From the NCBI GenBank assembly GCA_029258825.1, contig JAPDKA010000003.1, positions 66,065-130,064 on the forward strand: DNA of 64,000 nucleotides, written 5' to 3'. Source of the DNA: an archaeon (GTDB taxonomy: Archaea; Nanobdellota; Nanobdellia; Pacearchaeales; JAPDKA01). The notes under the pieces are model-generated. The model saw only the letters and a program-made list of their open reading frames with translations. It was not told the DNA's origin and made no database searches. Below, in pieces: positions 26,605-36,473 of this stretch (position 1 is its first letter; every line of letters begins with the position of its first letter). Position numbers and translations under genes: made by a program.

Positions 26605-26952
26605 GTGAAAATAGCAATTCCCACAGAAAATAAAAAAGGATTAAACGATAAAGTAACAGAACATTTTGGTAGATGCAATACTTTTACTTTTCTTAACGAG
26701 AAAGGAGAACTCATTGAAATAATTGATAATAAAAGTCAGCTAGGCTTATTGCCTCCACAACTTTTGAAAAAGCATGGAGCAAACGTTTTGTTATGCAAAG
26801 CTCTCGGTTTAAAAGCTTTTGATTTATGCAAACAACTTGGCATAGAGGTCTATATTTCAAAAGCAAAAACAGTTAAAGAAATTTTTGAAGAATGGAAAAA
26901 TAAAAAAATCAAAAAAGCTAATTTTGAAAATATTTGCAAACATGGAAAATGA
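26605..26952 (+). CDS. Second NifB/NifX family protein
   Basis: (V)KIAIPT...V.EHFGRC..F...LLC..LG; GTG start inferred. Confidence 0.88.
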   Translation: MKIAIPTENKKGLNDKVTEHFGRCNTFTFLNEKGELIEIIDNKSQLGLLPPQLLKKHGANVLLCKALGLKAFDLCKQLGIEVYISKAKTVKEIFEEWKNKKIKKANFENICKHGK

Positions 26953-27806
26953 AAATTACTTTTATGATTGTTTTTATCGTTATTTTTGTAATTATTTTAA
27001 TATTATTAGCATTAATTTATAAATTTATATTCAATATAAATACAATGAAGGAGAATAAAGAAAATATAACAAAAGATTTAGAAAAAAATTTTCTTTCTAA
27101 TATAACAATTTCTAACATAACAATTATTGATGTTTATGATAATGTTGAATTTAATCCAAAATTCAAAACAGGTTTCGGTTTTGCGTGTGTTGTAAAATTA
27201 AAGAATAATACAATTCTTTTTGATACCGGAAGCGATTCAAAAATACTATTAACAAATTTAGAAATAGCAGGAATCAAACCAGAGGAAATAGGGATTATTG
27301 TTTTATCACACATTCATGGAGACCATACTGGCGGTCTTTTAGGGTTTTTGAGGAGAAATTCCAATGTTAAGGTTTACGTTCCTGTTTCTTTTCCATCTTC
27401 ATTTAAAAAGGAAATAAAAGCAACAGGAGCAAAAGTAGTAAATGTTACTAATTTTATGAAAATAACAGAAGGAATTTATTCGACAGGAGAGCTTGGAACA
27501 TGGATTAAAGAACAATCTTTAGTAATTAATTCTGATAAAGGATTAATTATTATAACTGGTTGCGCCCATCCTGGTATTGTTAACATAGTAAAGAAAGTAA
27601 AGGAATTAACAAATAAAAATATTTATATTGTTATGGGAGGATTTCATCATCCTCCAATTGAAATAGTAAAAGAATTTAAAAAACTTGATGTGAAAAAAGT
27701 AGCACCGAGCCATTGCACAGGAGATGAAGCAATAAATGCTTTCAAAAAAGAATATCAAGAAGATTTTATAAAATCTGGGGTTGGAAAGATTATTGTAATA
27801 AAATAA
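26949..27806 (+). CDS. Metallo-beta-lactamase fold hydrolase (COG1237-like) with N-terminal membrane anchor
   Basis: LFDTG, LSHIHGDHTGGL, EQSL, TGCAHPG, GGFH, PSHCTG; ATGA overlap with the upstream gene. Confidence 0.88.
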   Translation: MKITFMIVFIVIFVIILILLALIYKFIFNINTMKENKENITKDLEKNFLSNITISNITIIDVYDNVEFNPKFKTGFGFACVVKLKNNTILFDTGSDSKILLTNLEIAGIKPEEIGIIVLSHIHGDHTGGLLGFLRRNSNVKVYVPVSFPSSFKKEIKATGAKVVNVTNFMKITEGIYSTGELGTWIKEQSLVINSDKGLIIITGCAHPGIVNIVKKVKELTNKNIYIVMGGFHHPPIEIVKEFKKLDVKKVAPSHCTGDEAINAFKKEYQEDFIKSGVGKIIVIK

Positions 27807-27835
27807 AACAAAAAATAAAAATCGACAGCAATTAA

Positions 27836-28672
27836 ATGCTAAAGGAAGTGCTTTTTAAAACACTTTTTGAAACACTGAAAATAGTAGGAATAGTAACAAT
27901 TTTAATGATCTTTATTGAGTATTTACAAATAAAGTTCAAGAAAAAAATTGAAAAGTACATCACAAAAAACAAGAAAAATCAAATAATAGGTTCTTCTTTG
28001 CTTGGCGCAATTCCTGGTTGCATAGATGCGTTTTTTATTGTTTCTTTATATTCTCACGGCTTGGTAGGCTTTGGTGCTTTAACAGCAGTTATGCTCTCAA
28101 CAGCAGGTGATGAAGCTTTCGTCATGCTTGCCATGGTTCCAAAGACCGCTTTTTTAATTTTTGCATCATGTGTCATTCTAGGAATTCTTGGTGGTTTTCT
28201 TGCTGATGCTATAGTAAAGAAAACAAAATTAAAAAGGTCGAAACCTTGTATCATAAAAATTCATAAAAAAGAAAAACTTGGACATTTTTTTAAAGAACAT
28301 GTATACAACCATATTATCAAAAAGCATGCATTAAAACTTTTCTTATGGATTTTTTTTACTTTGTTAATAGTTGAATTGTTAATGGAGAAGTTTGATCTCG
28401 CTAGTTTTCTGCCAAAAAATGTTTTGTTAATGATTTTAATTGCTGCATTGGTTGGGATAATTCCTGAATCAGGACCTCATCTGATATTTCTTACTTTGTT
28501 TGCTAAAGGCCTAATTCCTTTTTCAGTTTTGTTGACTTCTTCATTGGTGCAAGACGGTCATGGCCTACTTCCTTTACTTTCCTATTCTGTTAAGGATGCA
28601 ATTAAAGTTAAAATTTTTAATGTTGTTTTTGGACTCATTGTTGGAATAGCTTTATTTTTAGTTGGAATTTAA
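27836..28672 (+). CDS. Putative metal/metalloid transporter (DUF2899-like)
   Basis: LLGAIPGC, STAGDEAFVM, HFFKEH...H, GIIPESGPH, QDGHGLLP; multiple TM segments. Confidence 0.75.
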   Translation: MLKEVLFKTLFETLKIVGIVTILMIFIEYLQIKFKKKIEKYITKNKKNQIIGSSLLGAIPGCIDAFFIVSLYSHGLVGFGALTAVMLSTAGDEAFVMLAMVPKTAFLIFASCVILGILGGFLADAIVKKTKLKRSKPCIIKIHKKEKLGHFFKEHVYNHIIKKHALKLFLWIFFTLLIVELLMEKFDLASFLPKNVLLMILIAALVGIIPESGPHLIFLTLFAKGLIPFSVLLTSSLVQDGHGLLPLLSYSVKDAIKVKIFNVVFGLIVGIALFLVGI

Positions 28673-28673
28673 A

Positions 28674-29504
28674 ATGAGAATAGCAATTACTGGCGGAAAA
28701 GGAGGAACAGGAAAATCAACAATAGCAACAGCTTTGGCTTACAAATTAGCAAAAACAAAAAAAGTCTTACTTCTTGATTTAGATGTTGATTGCCCAAACG
28801 ATGATTTGATTCTTGGAATTAAAACAAAAAAAGTAAAAGATGTTGAAAGCATGATTCCAAAATTTGATTATAAAAAATGTAAAAAATGTGGTTTGTGTTC
28901 TAAAATCTGTAAAGAACATGCAATCGTTTTTGTTAAAGGAAATTTTCCCTTTGTAATTCCTGAGCAATGCATTGGTTGCAAAGCTTGTAAGATTGTATGC
29001 CCTTTCCATGCTATAACAGAAGAAAAACAAAAAATAGGTGAAATTTTTATCGGCAAAAAAGGAAACCTCACTTTAATAGGCGGAAAAATGAAACCTGTGA
29101 TTGAAGAATCAAGTTTGGTTGTAAATGCGGTAAAAAAATTTTCACAGGAATATGAGAAAAAGTATGATTATGTAATTGTTGATACTGCGGCAGGAACACA
29201 TTGTCCTGTTATTTCTGCCTTACTTAATTGTGATATCGCTTTTGCTGTAACAGAGCCAACACCTCTTGGCCAGCATGATTTAGAATTAATTTTAAAATTA
29301 ACAAAAAAATTGAAAATTAAATCTTATGTTATTTTAAACAGATCTGACATTGCTAATAAAAAAATGATTGAGAACATTGCAAGAAAATACAAAACAAAAA
29401 TTATTGCAGAAATCCCTTACAGTAAGGAAATTGAAAAAAATTATTCAGTTGGAAAACCAATTGAGCATGAAGCTATAGATCAGATTATAAACATGGTAAA
29501 ATGA
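28674..29504 (+). CDS. MinD-superfamily P-loop ATPase with inserted ferredoxin domain (COG1149)
   Basis: GGKGGTGKST, DLDVDCPN, CKKCGLC..IC and CIGCKAC..VCP, DTAAGTHCPV, VTEPTP.G.HDL. Confidence 0.9.
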   Translation: MRIAITGGKGGTGKSTIATALAYKLAKTKKVLLLDLDVDCPNDDLILGIKTKKVKDVESMIPKFDYKKCKKCGLCSKICKEHAIVFVKGNFPFVIPEQCIGCKACKIVCPFHAITEEKQKIGEIFIGKKGNLTLIGGKMKPVIEESSLVVNAVKKFSQEYEKKYDYVIVDTAAGTHCPVISALLNCDIAFAVTEPTPLGQHDLELILKLTKKLKIKSYVILNRSDIANKKMIENIARKYKTKIIAEIPYSKEIEKNYSVGKPIEHEAIDQIINMVK

Positions 29505-30412
29505 AAACAATAACAATTTTATCTGGTAAAGGAGGTGTTGGAAAAAGTTCCATTACTGCTTCTTTAGCTGTGTTGTTAGCAAGAAAATATAAAATTGTTA
29601 CAGCCGATTGTGATGTTGATACACCAAATCTTGGTTTGTTGTTTGGCATTAAAAATTTTAAAAATTTGAAGAAAGTATCAACAAACTATAAAGCATTTGT
29701 AAATAAAAAGGTTAAAAAATGCCCTAATGTAAAAAAATTATCTGATGTATGCACTTTTTTTGCCATTTCTTGGAATGAAAAAATGAATATACCAATAATA
29801 AACAGATTTTTGTGCGAAGGTTGTGGTGCGTGTAAATTATTATGTCCGGAAGGAATAGAATTGAAGAGAGTGAAAAATGCTGTTATTGGCCAAACAAAAA
29901 CAAAATACGGTTTTTATATTGTTTTTGGCCAGCTAAAAGTTGGGGAATCAGGAAGTGGGAACATTGTTGAAATTATTAAAGAAAGAACAAGAAAAATCGC
30001 TGAAAATGTTAAAGCAGATTTCATCATTATTGATTCGTCTGCAGGAATTGGTTGTCCTGTTATTGCCTCAATCAGAGATTCTGATTTTGTTATCGCAGTT
30101 ACAGAACCAACTCCTTCTGCTTTACGTGACTTAAAGAGAGCACTAAAGGTTGTTGAACATTTCAAAATACCTTACGGGGTTATTATTAATAAATATGATC
30201 TTAACAAAAAATTCACAAAAAAAATAGAAAATTTTGCAAATAACCATGGAATTCCAATATTTGGAAAATTACCTTATGACAAATCATTTGTTGAATCAAT
30301 AGTGAATCTTATGCCAGTTGTTGTTTATGATAAAAGATTTGAAAGATTATTTTTAAGTATTTTAAATAATGTCAAAAATAATCTCGATAAAATTTACAAT
30401 AAAAATTTATGA
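29501..30412 (+). CDS. Second COG1149 MinD-superfamily ATPase with ferredoxin domain
   Basis: SGKGGVGKSS, DCDVD.PN, CEGCGAC...CP, DSSAGIGCPVIAS, VTEPTPS. Confidence 0.9.
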   Translation: MKTITILSGKGGVGKSSITASLAVLLARKYKIVTADCDVDTPNLGLLFGIKNFKNLKKVSTNYKAFVNKKVKKCPNVKKLSDVCTFFAISWNEKMNIPIINRFLCEGCGACKLLCPEGIELKRVKNAVIGQTKTKYGFYIVFGQLKVGESGSGNIVEIIKERTRKIAENVKADFIIIDSSAGIGCPVIASIRDSDFVIAVTEPTPSALRDLKRALKVVEHFKIPYGVIINKYDLNKKFTKKIENFANNHGIPIFGKLPYDKSFVESIVNLMPVVVYDKRFERLFLSILNNVKNNLDKIYNKNL

Positions 30413-30451
30413 AAATTTTTCTAATTTGAGTAGAAACAGCTATTTTAATAG

Positions 30452-32344
30452 CTACCTTAACCGCACTACTTCTAGGTTGCGCGGCACAGTAGTTTCTATC
30501 TTGAAAAATTTATGAAGTGTCGATGCTAAATCAAGACTTTTACTTTGTTCACCATGGTTAATAATTATTCGTCGTGGTGTAGGTTTGAGATTGTTAACAA
30601 AATTAATAAGCTGATTTCTATCGCTGTGTCCGCTTAAACCTTCAATGCTAACAACTTCTAACTTTATAGGAACTTTTTCTTCTTTACCTTCAACCACAAA
30701 CCTTGCTTCTTTCAAACCTTCTTGCACTTGTCGACCAAGACTATTTACACCCTGATAGCTAACAAATATGATCATGTTTTTCTTATTGTCGGCAAGTTCT
30801 CTAAAGTACTCTACACTTGCGCCTCCAACAAGCATACCGCTTGTCGCAAGAATAATGCATGGACCACTATTAATAACTTCCTCTCGCTCGGTTGGAGAAC
30901 CAACACGCTTAAACGTTTCACTTAAGAAAGGATTTTCACCAGCTATAATTTGCTTTCTCACATTAACACCAAGGAACTCTGGATAAGCTGTATGGATAGT
31001 TGTTACATCCCAGACCATACCATCTATGTACACCGGTACGTTCTGCAATAAGCCCTGCTTTATTGCATCATCAATGATAAGCATTACTTCTTGACTGCGG
31101 CCGACTCCTAAAACAGGAATAAGCACTTTACCTTTTCTTTTGATAGTCCTGGCTATATTTTCAATGAGTGCTTTCTCACTCTGTTTTCTTGGAGGCATAA
31201 CATCGTTTCTACCGCCATAAGTTGATTCCATGATTAATGTTTCTACTCTCGCATATTTTGTGCGAGGAGGATCAAACAATCTTGTTTTGCTGTATTTAAA
31301 ATCACCTGTATAAAGTACATTATGCAAGCCATTACCAATATTAAGGTGTACTAAACTGCTACCAAGCGCGTGACCTGCATTAAAAAAGGTTAATCTAACA
31401 TCTGGCGCTATATCAGTAACTTCACCATAGTTCAATGTTATAGTGTGCTTTACCATTTCCTTTATATCGCTAACAGAAAAAATTGGTTGTGCTGCTTGTT
31501 TGTAGCTAACACCAATATAATCTAATGCAAGTAATGCTGCTATATCTCTTGTTGGAGCCGTCATGTATACAGGCCCCCTATAACCAAGCTTAAACAAGTA
31601 TGGCACTAAACCGGAATGATCGAGATGTGCGTGACTAATTATTACAGCATCAATATCTTTTATGTCAAATTCAGGAACATTCAAATATGGAAACTTTTCA
31701 CTGTTAGTTGCAGCAACATCAATGCCACAATCAATAATAATTTTACTTTCTGGCGTTTGCAACAATAAGCAACTTCTGCCAACTTGTCTGGCACCGCCAA
31801 GAAAACTAACACGTATCCATTCTTGTTTTTTTTCAGCTGTCCAACCTTTATAAATTGCTTTTCCAACTTTATTAAGGAATTTTTTTCTGTATTCGCTGCT
31901 GGCGTATAAAACATGAATGATAGCTTCAGTAATGCGGCTCCTTACAGCAGGGCTTCGTTTGACTTGTGGCGTCCAGCATGTTTGTTTTTTTATTTCTTTA
32001 AGTATGCTCGCATTTTCACCAATAGCCATAGAAGGGTTTTTCACATTCAACACAACAATACTGCGTTGCTCATCAAATTCAATGTTATCAAGACCTGCTT
32101 CTTTAGGTAGTAACATTTTTATAATTTTTTCAGTTTCCTCTTTATTCACAAGAATTTCTGGCACAGCTCTAAGTTCTATCCGTTTTTTTATTTCATTAAC
32201 TATTTGCTTTATTATTGGCTCACCTTCAACAAGAAATTTCTTATCATGAGTATAAAGAATAATGTTTGCACCTTCAAAATATGCAGAATCGATTAGTTTT
32301 GCATCTGGCAATTTACTTAAGATTGTTTTTATGATGTCTGCCAT
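30452..32344 (-). CDS. fttA: Beta-CASP ribonuclease aCPSF1 / FttA (KH-KH-MBL-beta-CASP)
   Basis: FEG.NI..Y N-terminus, LGG.RQVGRSC, SHAHLDHSG, AGH.LGS, ESTYG, SGHSDR, HGE; adjacent to proteasome beta as is usual in archaea. Confidence 0.94.
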   Translation of the reverse strand: MADIIKTILSKLPDAKLIDSAYFEGANIILYTHDKKFLVEGEPIIKQIVNEIKKRIELRAVPEILVNKEETEKIIKMLLPKEAGLDNIEFDEQRSIVVLNVKNPSMAIGENASILKEIKKQTCWTPQVKRSPAVRSRITEAIIHVLYASSEYRKKFLNKVGKAIYKGWTAEKKQEWIRVSFLGGARQVGRSCLLLQTPESKIIIDCGIDVAATNSEKFPYLNVPEFDIKDIDAVIISHAHLDHSGLVPYLFKLGYRGPVYMTAPTRDIAALLALDYIGVSYKQAAQPIFSVSDIKEMVKHTITLNYGEVTDIAPDVRLTFFNAGHALGSSLVHLNIGNGLHNVLYTGDFKYSKTRLFDPPRTKYARVETLIMESTYGGRNDVMPPRKQSEKALIENIARTIKRKGKVLIPVLGVGRSQEVMLIIDDAIKQGLLQNVPVYIDGMVWDVTTIHTAYPEFLGVNVRKQIIAGENPFLSETFKRVGSPTEREEVINSGPCIILATSGMLVGGASVEYFRELADNKKNMIIFVSYQGVNSLGRQVQEGLKEARFVVEGKEEKVPIKLEVVSIEGLSGHSDRNQLINFVNNLKPTPRRIIINHGEQSKSLDLASTLHKFFKIETTVPRNLEVVRLR

Positions 32345-32482
32345 TTTAACAAAAACAAATTTCAAATTTAACTTCAAACTAAATTTAATTAAATTTCAAT
32401 TAAACCCATCCAAGCTATTCAATTAACATTACCAAATTTCAAATTTGCCCGGGTTTGCCAGGTAAAATAAAAGAGATATACT

Positions 32483-33139
32483 TTATTTTTTGATTTCCTT
32501 GAGCACGATTTCAGCTTTACCTTCAAGCACTTTTTTTGCACCATCTTTAGTAATAACCACAACATCGAAACCGCTTCCTGTAGGTGTATCTCTCTGCATT
32601 GCAGCATTTAAAGCATCAACAACAAGTTTTACGCCCTGCTCAACATTGATATCTTGCTTGTATTTGCTTTCAAGCACGCCGTAAGCCATAACCATACCAC
32701 TACCTACGGCAACATAATCATCGTGCAATGCTACAGATCCATCTGGAGATACTTCATAAAGCCAAAAACCTTTGCTGTCTTTACCGCCAACAAGAAATGC
32801 TGCGATACTCATTAAAGGTGAAAAATTTCTTATGCTTTGATAGGCTAATGATGCCAACAGATTAGCAGCTTGTTTTACTGTTGGTTCTATTTTCGAGCGC
32901 AATTGTTTTAACTTTAACTCAGCTTTTGTAATTTTCAAAAACAGTTGAATATCTGAAACATTGCCTGCTGTCGCAACAACAACATTCGGCATTAAAAAAA
33001 CTACCTTCTGCATCTTCTTGTGGGCAATAAACGTGCCCCCAAGAGTAGCACGCCTATCTGCTCCTATCACAATTCCATCTTTACAGACAACACCAACAAC
33101 AGTGGTTCCAGTTTTCATCACTTGATCTTTTAGCTCCAT
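32483..33139 (-). CDS. psmB: Proteasome subunit beta
   Basis: Propeptide MELKDQVMKTG then TTVVGVVC.DG.V.GADRRAT; GSG; AMQRD..TG. Confidence 0.94.
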   Translation of the reverse strand: MELKDQVMKTGTTVVGVVCKDGIVIGADRRATLGGTFIAHKKMQKVVFLMPNVVVATAGNVSDIQLFLKITKAELKLKQLRSKIEPTVKQAANLLASLAYQSIRNFSPLMSIAAFLVGGKDSKGFWLYEVSPDGSVALHDDYVAVGSGMVMAYGVLESKYKQDINVEQGVKLVVDALNAAMQRDTPTGSGFDVVVITKDGAKKVLEGKAEIVLKEIKK

Positions 33140-33170
33140 TTTAGAAACTAAAGCACTAAGCAATCTTGCA

Positions 33171-33185
33171 TTTATAAAGGTTTCG
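33171..33185 (-). promoter_or_regulatory. Putative BRE-TATA for psmB
   Basis: Reverse complement CGAAACCTTTATAAA about 31 nt upstream of the ATG. Confidence 0.6.
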
Positions 33186-33261
33186 ATAGACAATAACAGC
33201 ATAACAAAATAATAAACTGTGATACACTATAGACACAGTATATAATATGTAGGTTGGTAGC

Positions 33262-33834
33262 CTATTTTTTTCTCATTCCTAGCTTATTCAGTAAAGGTTC
33301 TGCTTTCTCGGATGAAAAATAATCATATACATACTCAAATGTCCAAATAGTTAAAACTGGATAAATGTTCCATGAATATAAAGAGTAACCTAAAGCAATT
33401 ATGTACCAATATAGTTTAAAATCAATAAAAAAGAATTTCATTATTCCTCTAATATTTTGATTTTTATACTGAAAATAATCGTGGATTAATCCAGTTATGG
33501 TAAATAATGAAGCAAAATATATAAAAGGAATCAAGTTATCCCATAAACTATAATTTATATAAAGCATAGCAATAAACCAAATTCCGGCGGCAATTCCATG
33601 GTTAAGATAATCCAACCTGTACCTAACTATAAAACAAAACAATACAGATATCCAAATAGTTGCAAGAATTTGGTTTATAGTAATCAAATATGCTCCTGAA
33701 ATTCCCCATAACAAACCAAACAATAAATCAGAATATTTGAACCACCTATAATTATGTTCGTCTAATAAATCTGCAATTTTCATGGTTGCTCCTAAGAAAG
33801 CAGATACCAAAACCACAATTATGTAATCAATCAT
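33262..33834 (-). CDS. Hypothetical multi-pass membrane protein
   Basis: 190 aa, about 6 hydrophobic segments, KIADLLDEH and LDYLNH motifs. Confidence 0.7.
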   Translation of the reverse strand: MIDYIIVVLVSAFLGATMKIADLLDEHNYRWFKYSDLLFGLLWGISGAYLITINQILATIWISVLFCFIVRYRLDYLNHGIAAGIWFIAMLYINYSLWDNLIPFIYFASLFTITGLIHDYFQYKNQNIRGIMKFFFIDFKLYWYIIALGYSLYSWNIYPVLTIWTFEYVYDYFSSEKAEPLLNKLGMRKK

Positions 33835-34012
33835 AAAATGAATAGTTGGGAACAGTATATATATTAATTTTTCGGTTCCAATTGAGTAATGTCAATGATA
33901 AGAAATCTATTTGCTTTGAAGTTTTTTTACCAAAATATGTTAGCCATAACAAAATAATAAAAACTAAACATTTAAATAAATACAAACAACTTTCAAATAC
34001 ATAAACTGCAAT

Positions 34013-34097
34013 GCCCGGGTGGCGGAATTTTGGTAGACGCGCACGCCTGGAGAGCGTGTGGGCTTTGCCCATGTGGGTTCGAGTCCCACCCCGGGCG
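34013..34097 (+). tRNA. tRNA-Ser (GGA)
   Basis: Acceptor GCCCGGG/CCCGGGC-G, anticodon arm CACGC-CTGGAGA-GCGTG, long variable arm GGGC-TTT-GCCC, T arm GTGGG-TTCGAGT-CCCAC; no intron, no encoded CCA. Confidence 0.96.
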
Positions 34098-34226
34098 TTT
34101 CGATTCGGCTTTTGATTGTTTGTGTTTGTTGTTTACGAGTTATTTAAGAATTAAATTGTAGCTATTGTATAAACAAAATAACACGCAAAGAAAAACAATT
34201 ACAAAGAATACGAAAAAACAAAACAA

Positions 34227-36395
34227 TTATATTTGTCCTTCTTTCAAACCTTTTCTTTCTCTAATTTGCTTGATTAATTTGTCTTGCAGTTCTTTTGGCA
34301 CTTGTTCAAACAGCTGATCAACAACGAAAAATGTTGCACGGCCTTCTGTTGCTGAACGCAAGTCATTGCTTAGACCAAACATCTCTGCTACAGGTATTTT
34401 TGCTTTAATACTCACATGCTCGCCTTCTTGATCCACATTGAGTAATTGTCCTCTTTTGCTTTGTATTATCTTGGTCATTTCTCCCATGAAACGCATTGGC
34501 CCTTCTATTTGAATGACTTGTACTGGTTCAAATAAAACAGGCTGAGCATCCATGATAGCATTTATTAGAGCTTCTCTCACAGCAGGAATAACTTGGGATG
34601 GACCTCTATGAATAGCATCCTCATGCAGTTTACAGTCCATCAAGCTAACCTTGAGTTTCATACAAGGTTCTCTGGCAAGAGCACCAGCATCGACGATTTG
34701 CTCGAATGCTTGCATAACTAGTTCGATAACTTCACCTATGTGCACAATACCCCTTGTTTTATCAAGGAAAACACAATCTTTGTAAATCTCTCTGTACTGT
34801 CTTGCTTCTTCATTGCTTACACCAAGTTCTGCCAGTTTTTTCCACAATTCTTCATTTTTCTTCTTGATTTTTCCTTCTGGTATTTCACCAGATTTAATTG
34901 CTTTATACACTGCATCTTCAAGAGGTTCAACCTTTAACCAGAAAATATTATGCTTGTTAGGGCTTCTACCCTCGAACACTCTCGACGGTTTTAGTACAGT
35001 TTCACGATAAACAACAATCGGCTTACTTGCTATAACATCAACACCTTTTTCAGTTTTTATTCTGTTAGTTATAACTTCAAGGTGCAATTCACCCATACCG
35101 CTTAGCAAGTGCTGGCCAGTTTCCTCATTAATTTCTACTTTTACTGTTGGGTCTTCTTTTGCAACAACACGCAATACTTCTATAAGCTTTGGTAAATCAA
35201 CTGGTCTCTTTGCTTCAATGCTGCAAGTAACGACTGGCTCAAAAATGTGTTTTATCGCTTCAAATGGCTCAATAGGTTTACTACTTACAGTTTCACCAGC
35301 AAAAACATCTGTAAGGCCAACAATACCAATTATATTGCCAGCAGGAACTTCATCAATAACAAGTCTTTGCGGACCTTTGTAAACATTCACCTGCTGTACT
35401 TTCACCCATCTTTTAGCTTGGTTTAAGTAAAGCTCTTGACCTTTTTTTACAGTACCGCTAAATAATCTACCACCAGCAACTTCACCAGCATGTTTATCAT
35501 AAACAATTTTTGTCGGCACAAATACAACAGGACCGTTAGGATCACAATTAAGCAGTGCTTTTCCTTCTTCACTATCCAAATCACCGTGCCACAATCGAGG
35601 AATACGGTATTTTTGCGCTTCAACAGGATTTGGCAAATGCTTAACAACCATATCAAGAACTGCAACATAAAGCGGAACTGTTTTTGCAAGCTCGTCAACT
35701 TTATTTTGCTCGTATGCTTTAATTACATCGGCAAATGTTATGTTTTTCTTTTGCATTACAGGAAAGCTTAAGGCCCACCTGTCTTTTGCAGAACCAAACG
35801 CAACACTACCATTTTTAACATCCACTTTCCATGCCTGTTTGAATTGTTCAGGCGCTACAGTTTCTATAAATTTGTTTATATCAGAAATAATCTTTGCCAG
35901 TCTTTGCTGCATTTCTTGTGGTGTTAACTTCAACTCTTTTATGAGTCTATCAACCTTGTTAATAAATAAAACAGGCTTAACATATTCCCTAAGCGCTTGT
36001 TTTAGCACAGTTTCTGTTTGAGGCATCATGCCTTCAGCAGCATCAACAAGCACTACAGCACCATCGCACGCACGCATCGCTCTTGTTACTTCACCACCAA
36101 AATCAACGTGTCCTGGCGTATCTATAAGATTAATTAAATAATCTTTACCATCAACATTGTGGACCATATTAACATTAGCAGAATCAATAGTAATTCCTCT
36201 TTGCTTCTCATCTTCGTGAAAATCCATAACAAGAAGTTTGCCTGCAAGTTCTTCACTTATCATTCCAGCACCAGCCAGCAAAGAATCAGTCATAGTTGTT
36301 TTTCCATGATCGATATGGGCCGCTATACCGATGTTGCGTATTCTTTCTGGTTTAAGCATAAGTTCTTTAATTTTTGCTATCTTGTCCTCGGCCAT
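34227..36395 (-). CDS. fusA: Translation elongation factor 2
   Basis: IRNIGIAAHIDHGKTT, RGITI, DTPGHVDF, NKVD, HEDAIHRGP diphthamide-site loop. Confidence 0.97.
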   Translation of the reverse strand: MAEDKIAKIKELMLKPERIRNIGIAAHIDHGKTTMTDSLLAGAGMISEELAGKLLVMDFHEDEKQRGITIDSANVNMVHNVDGKDYLINLIDTPGHVDFGGEVTRAMRACDGAVVLVDAAEGMMPQTETVLKQALREYVKPVLFINKVDRLIKELKLTPQEMQQRLAKIISDINKFIETVAPEQFKQAWKVDVKNGSVAFGSAKDRWALSFPVMQKKNITFADVIKAYEQNKVDELAKTVPLYVAVLDMVVKHLPNPVEAQKYRIPRLWHGDLDSEEGKALLNCDPNGPVVFVPTKIVYDKHAGEVAGGRLFSGTVKKGQELYLNQAKRWVKVQQVNVYKGPQRLVIDEVPAGNIIGIVGLTDVFAGETVSSKPIEPFEAIKHIFEPVVTCSIEAKRPVDLPKLIEVLRVVAKEDPTVKVEINEETGQHLLSGMGELHLEVITNRIKTEKGVDVIASKPIVVYRETVLKPSRVFEGRSPNKHNIFWLKVEPLEDAVYKAIKSGEIPEGKIKKKNEELWKKLAELGVSNEEARQYREIYKDCVFLDKTRGIVHIGEVIELVMQAFEQIVDAGALAREPCMKLKVSLMDCKLHEDAIHRGPSQVIPAVREALINAIMDAQPVLFEPVQVIQIEGPMRFMGEMTKIIQSKRGQLLNVDQEGEHVSIKAKIPVAEMFGLSNDLRSATEGRATFFVVDQLFEQVPKELQDKLIKQIRERKGLKEGQI

Positions 36396-36473
36396 GTTAA
36401 ATTTGTTCTAGCATGCTTTTTAAATCTTTTGTCATAAAGCAAGCACAAAAACAACAAGCCCAACACAAAGCAA

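Noticed and set aside
25813-26952. NifX-like genes as evidence of nitrogen fixation
   Set aside because: No nifHDK in the window; COG1433 proteins are common in non-diazotrophs
32447-32455. TGCCCGGGT-like match to the tRNA-Ser 5' end as an att site
   Set aside because: Only about 9 bp, and the intervening DNA includes the core gene psmB
33827-34072. 81-aa minus-strand ORF
   Set aside because: Antisense to tRNA-Ser; spurious
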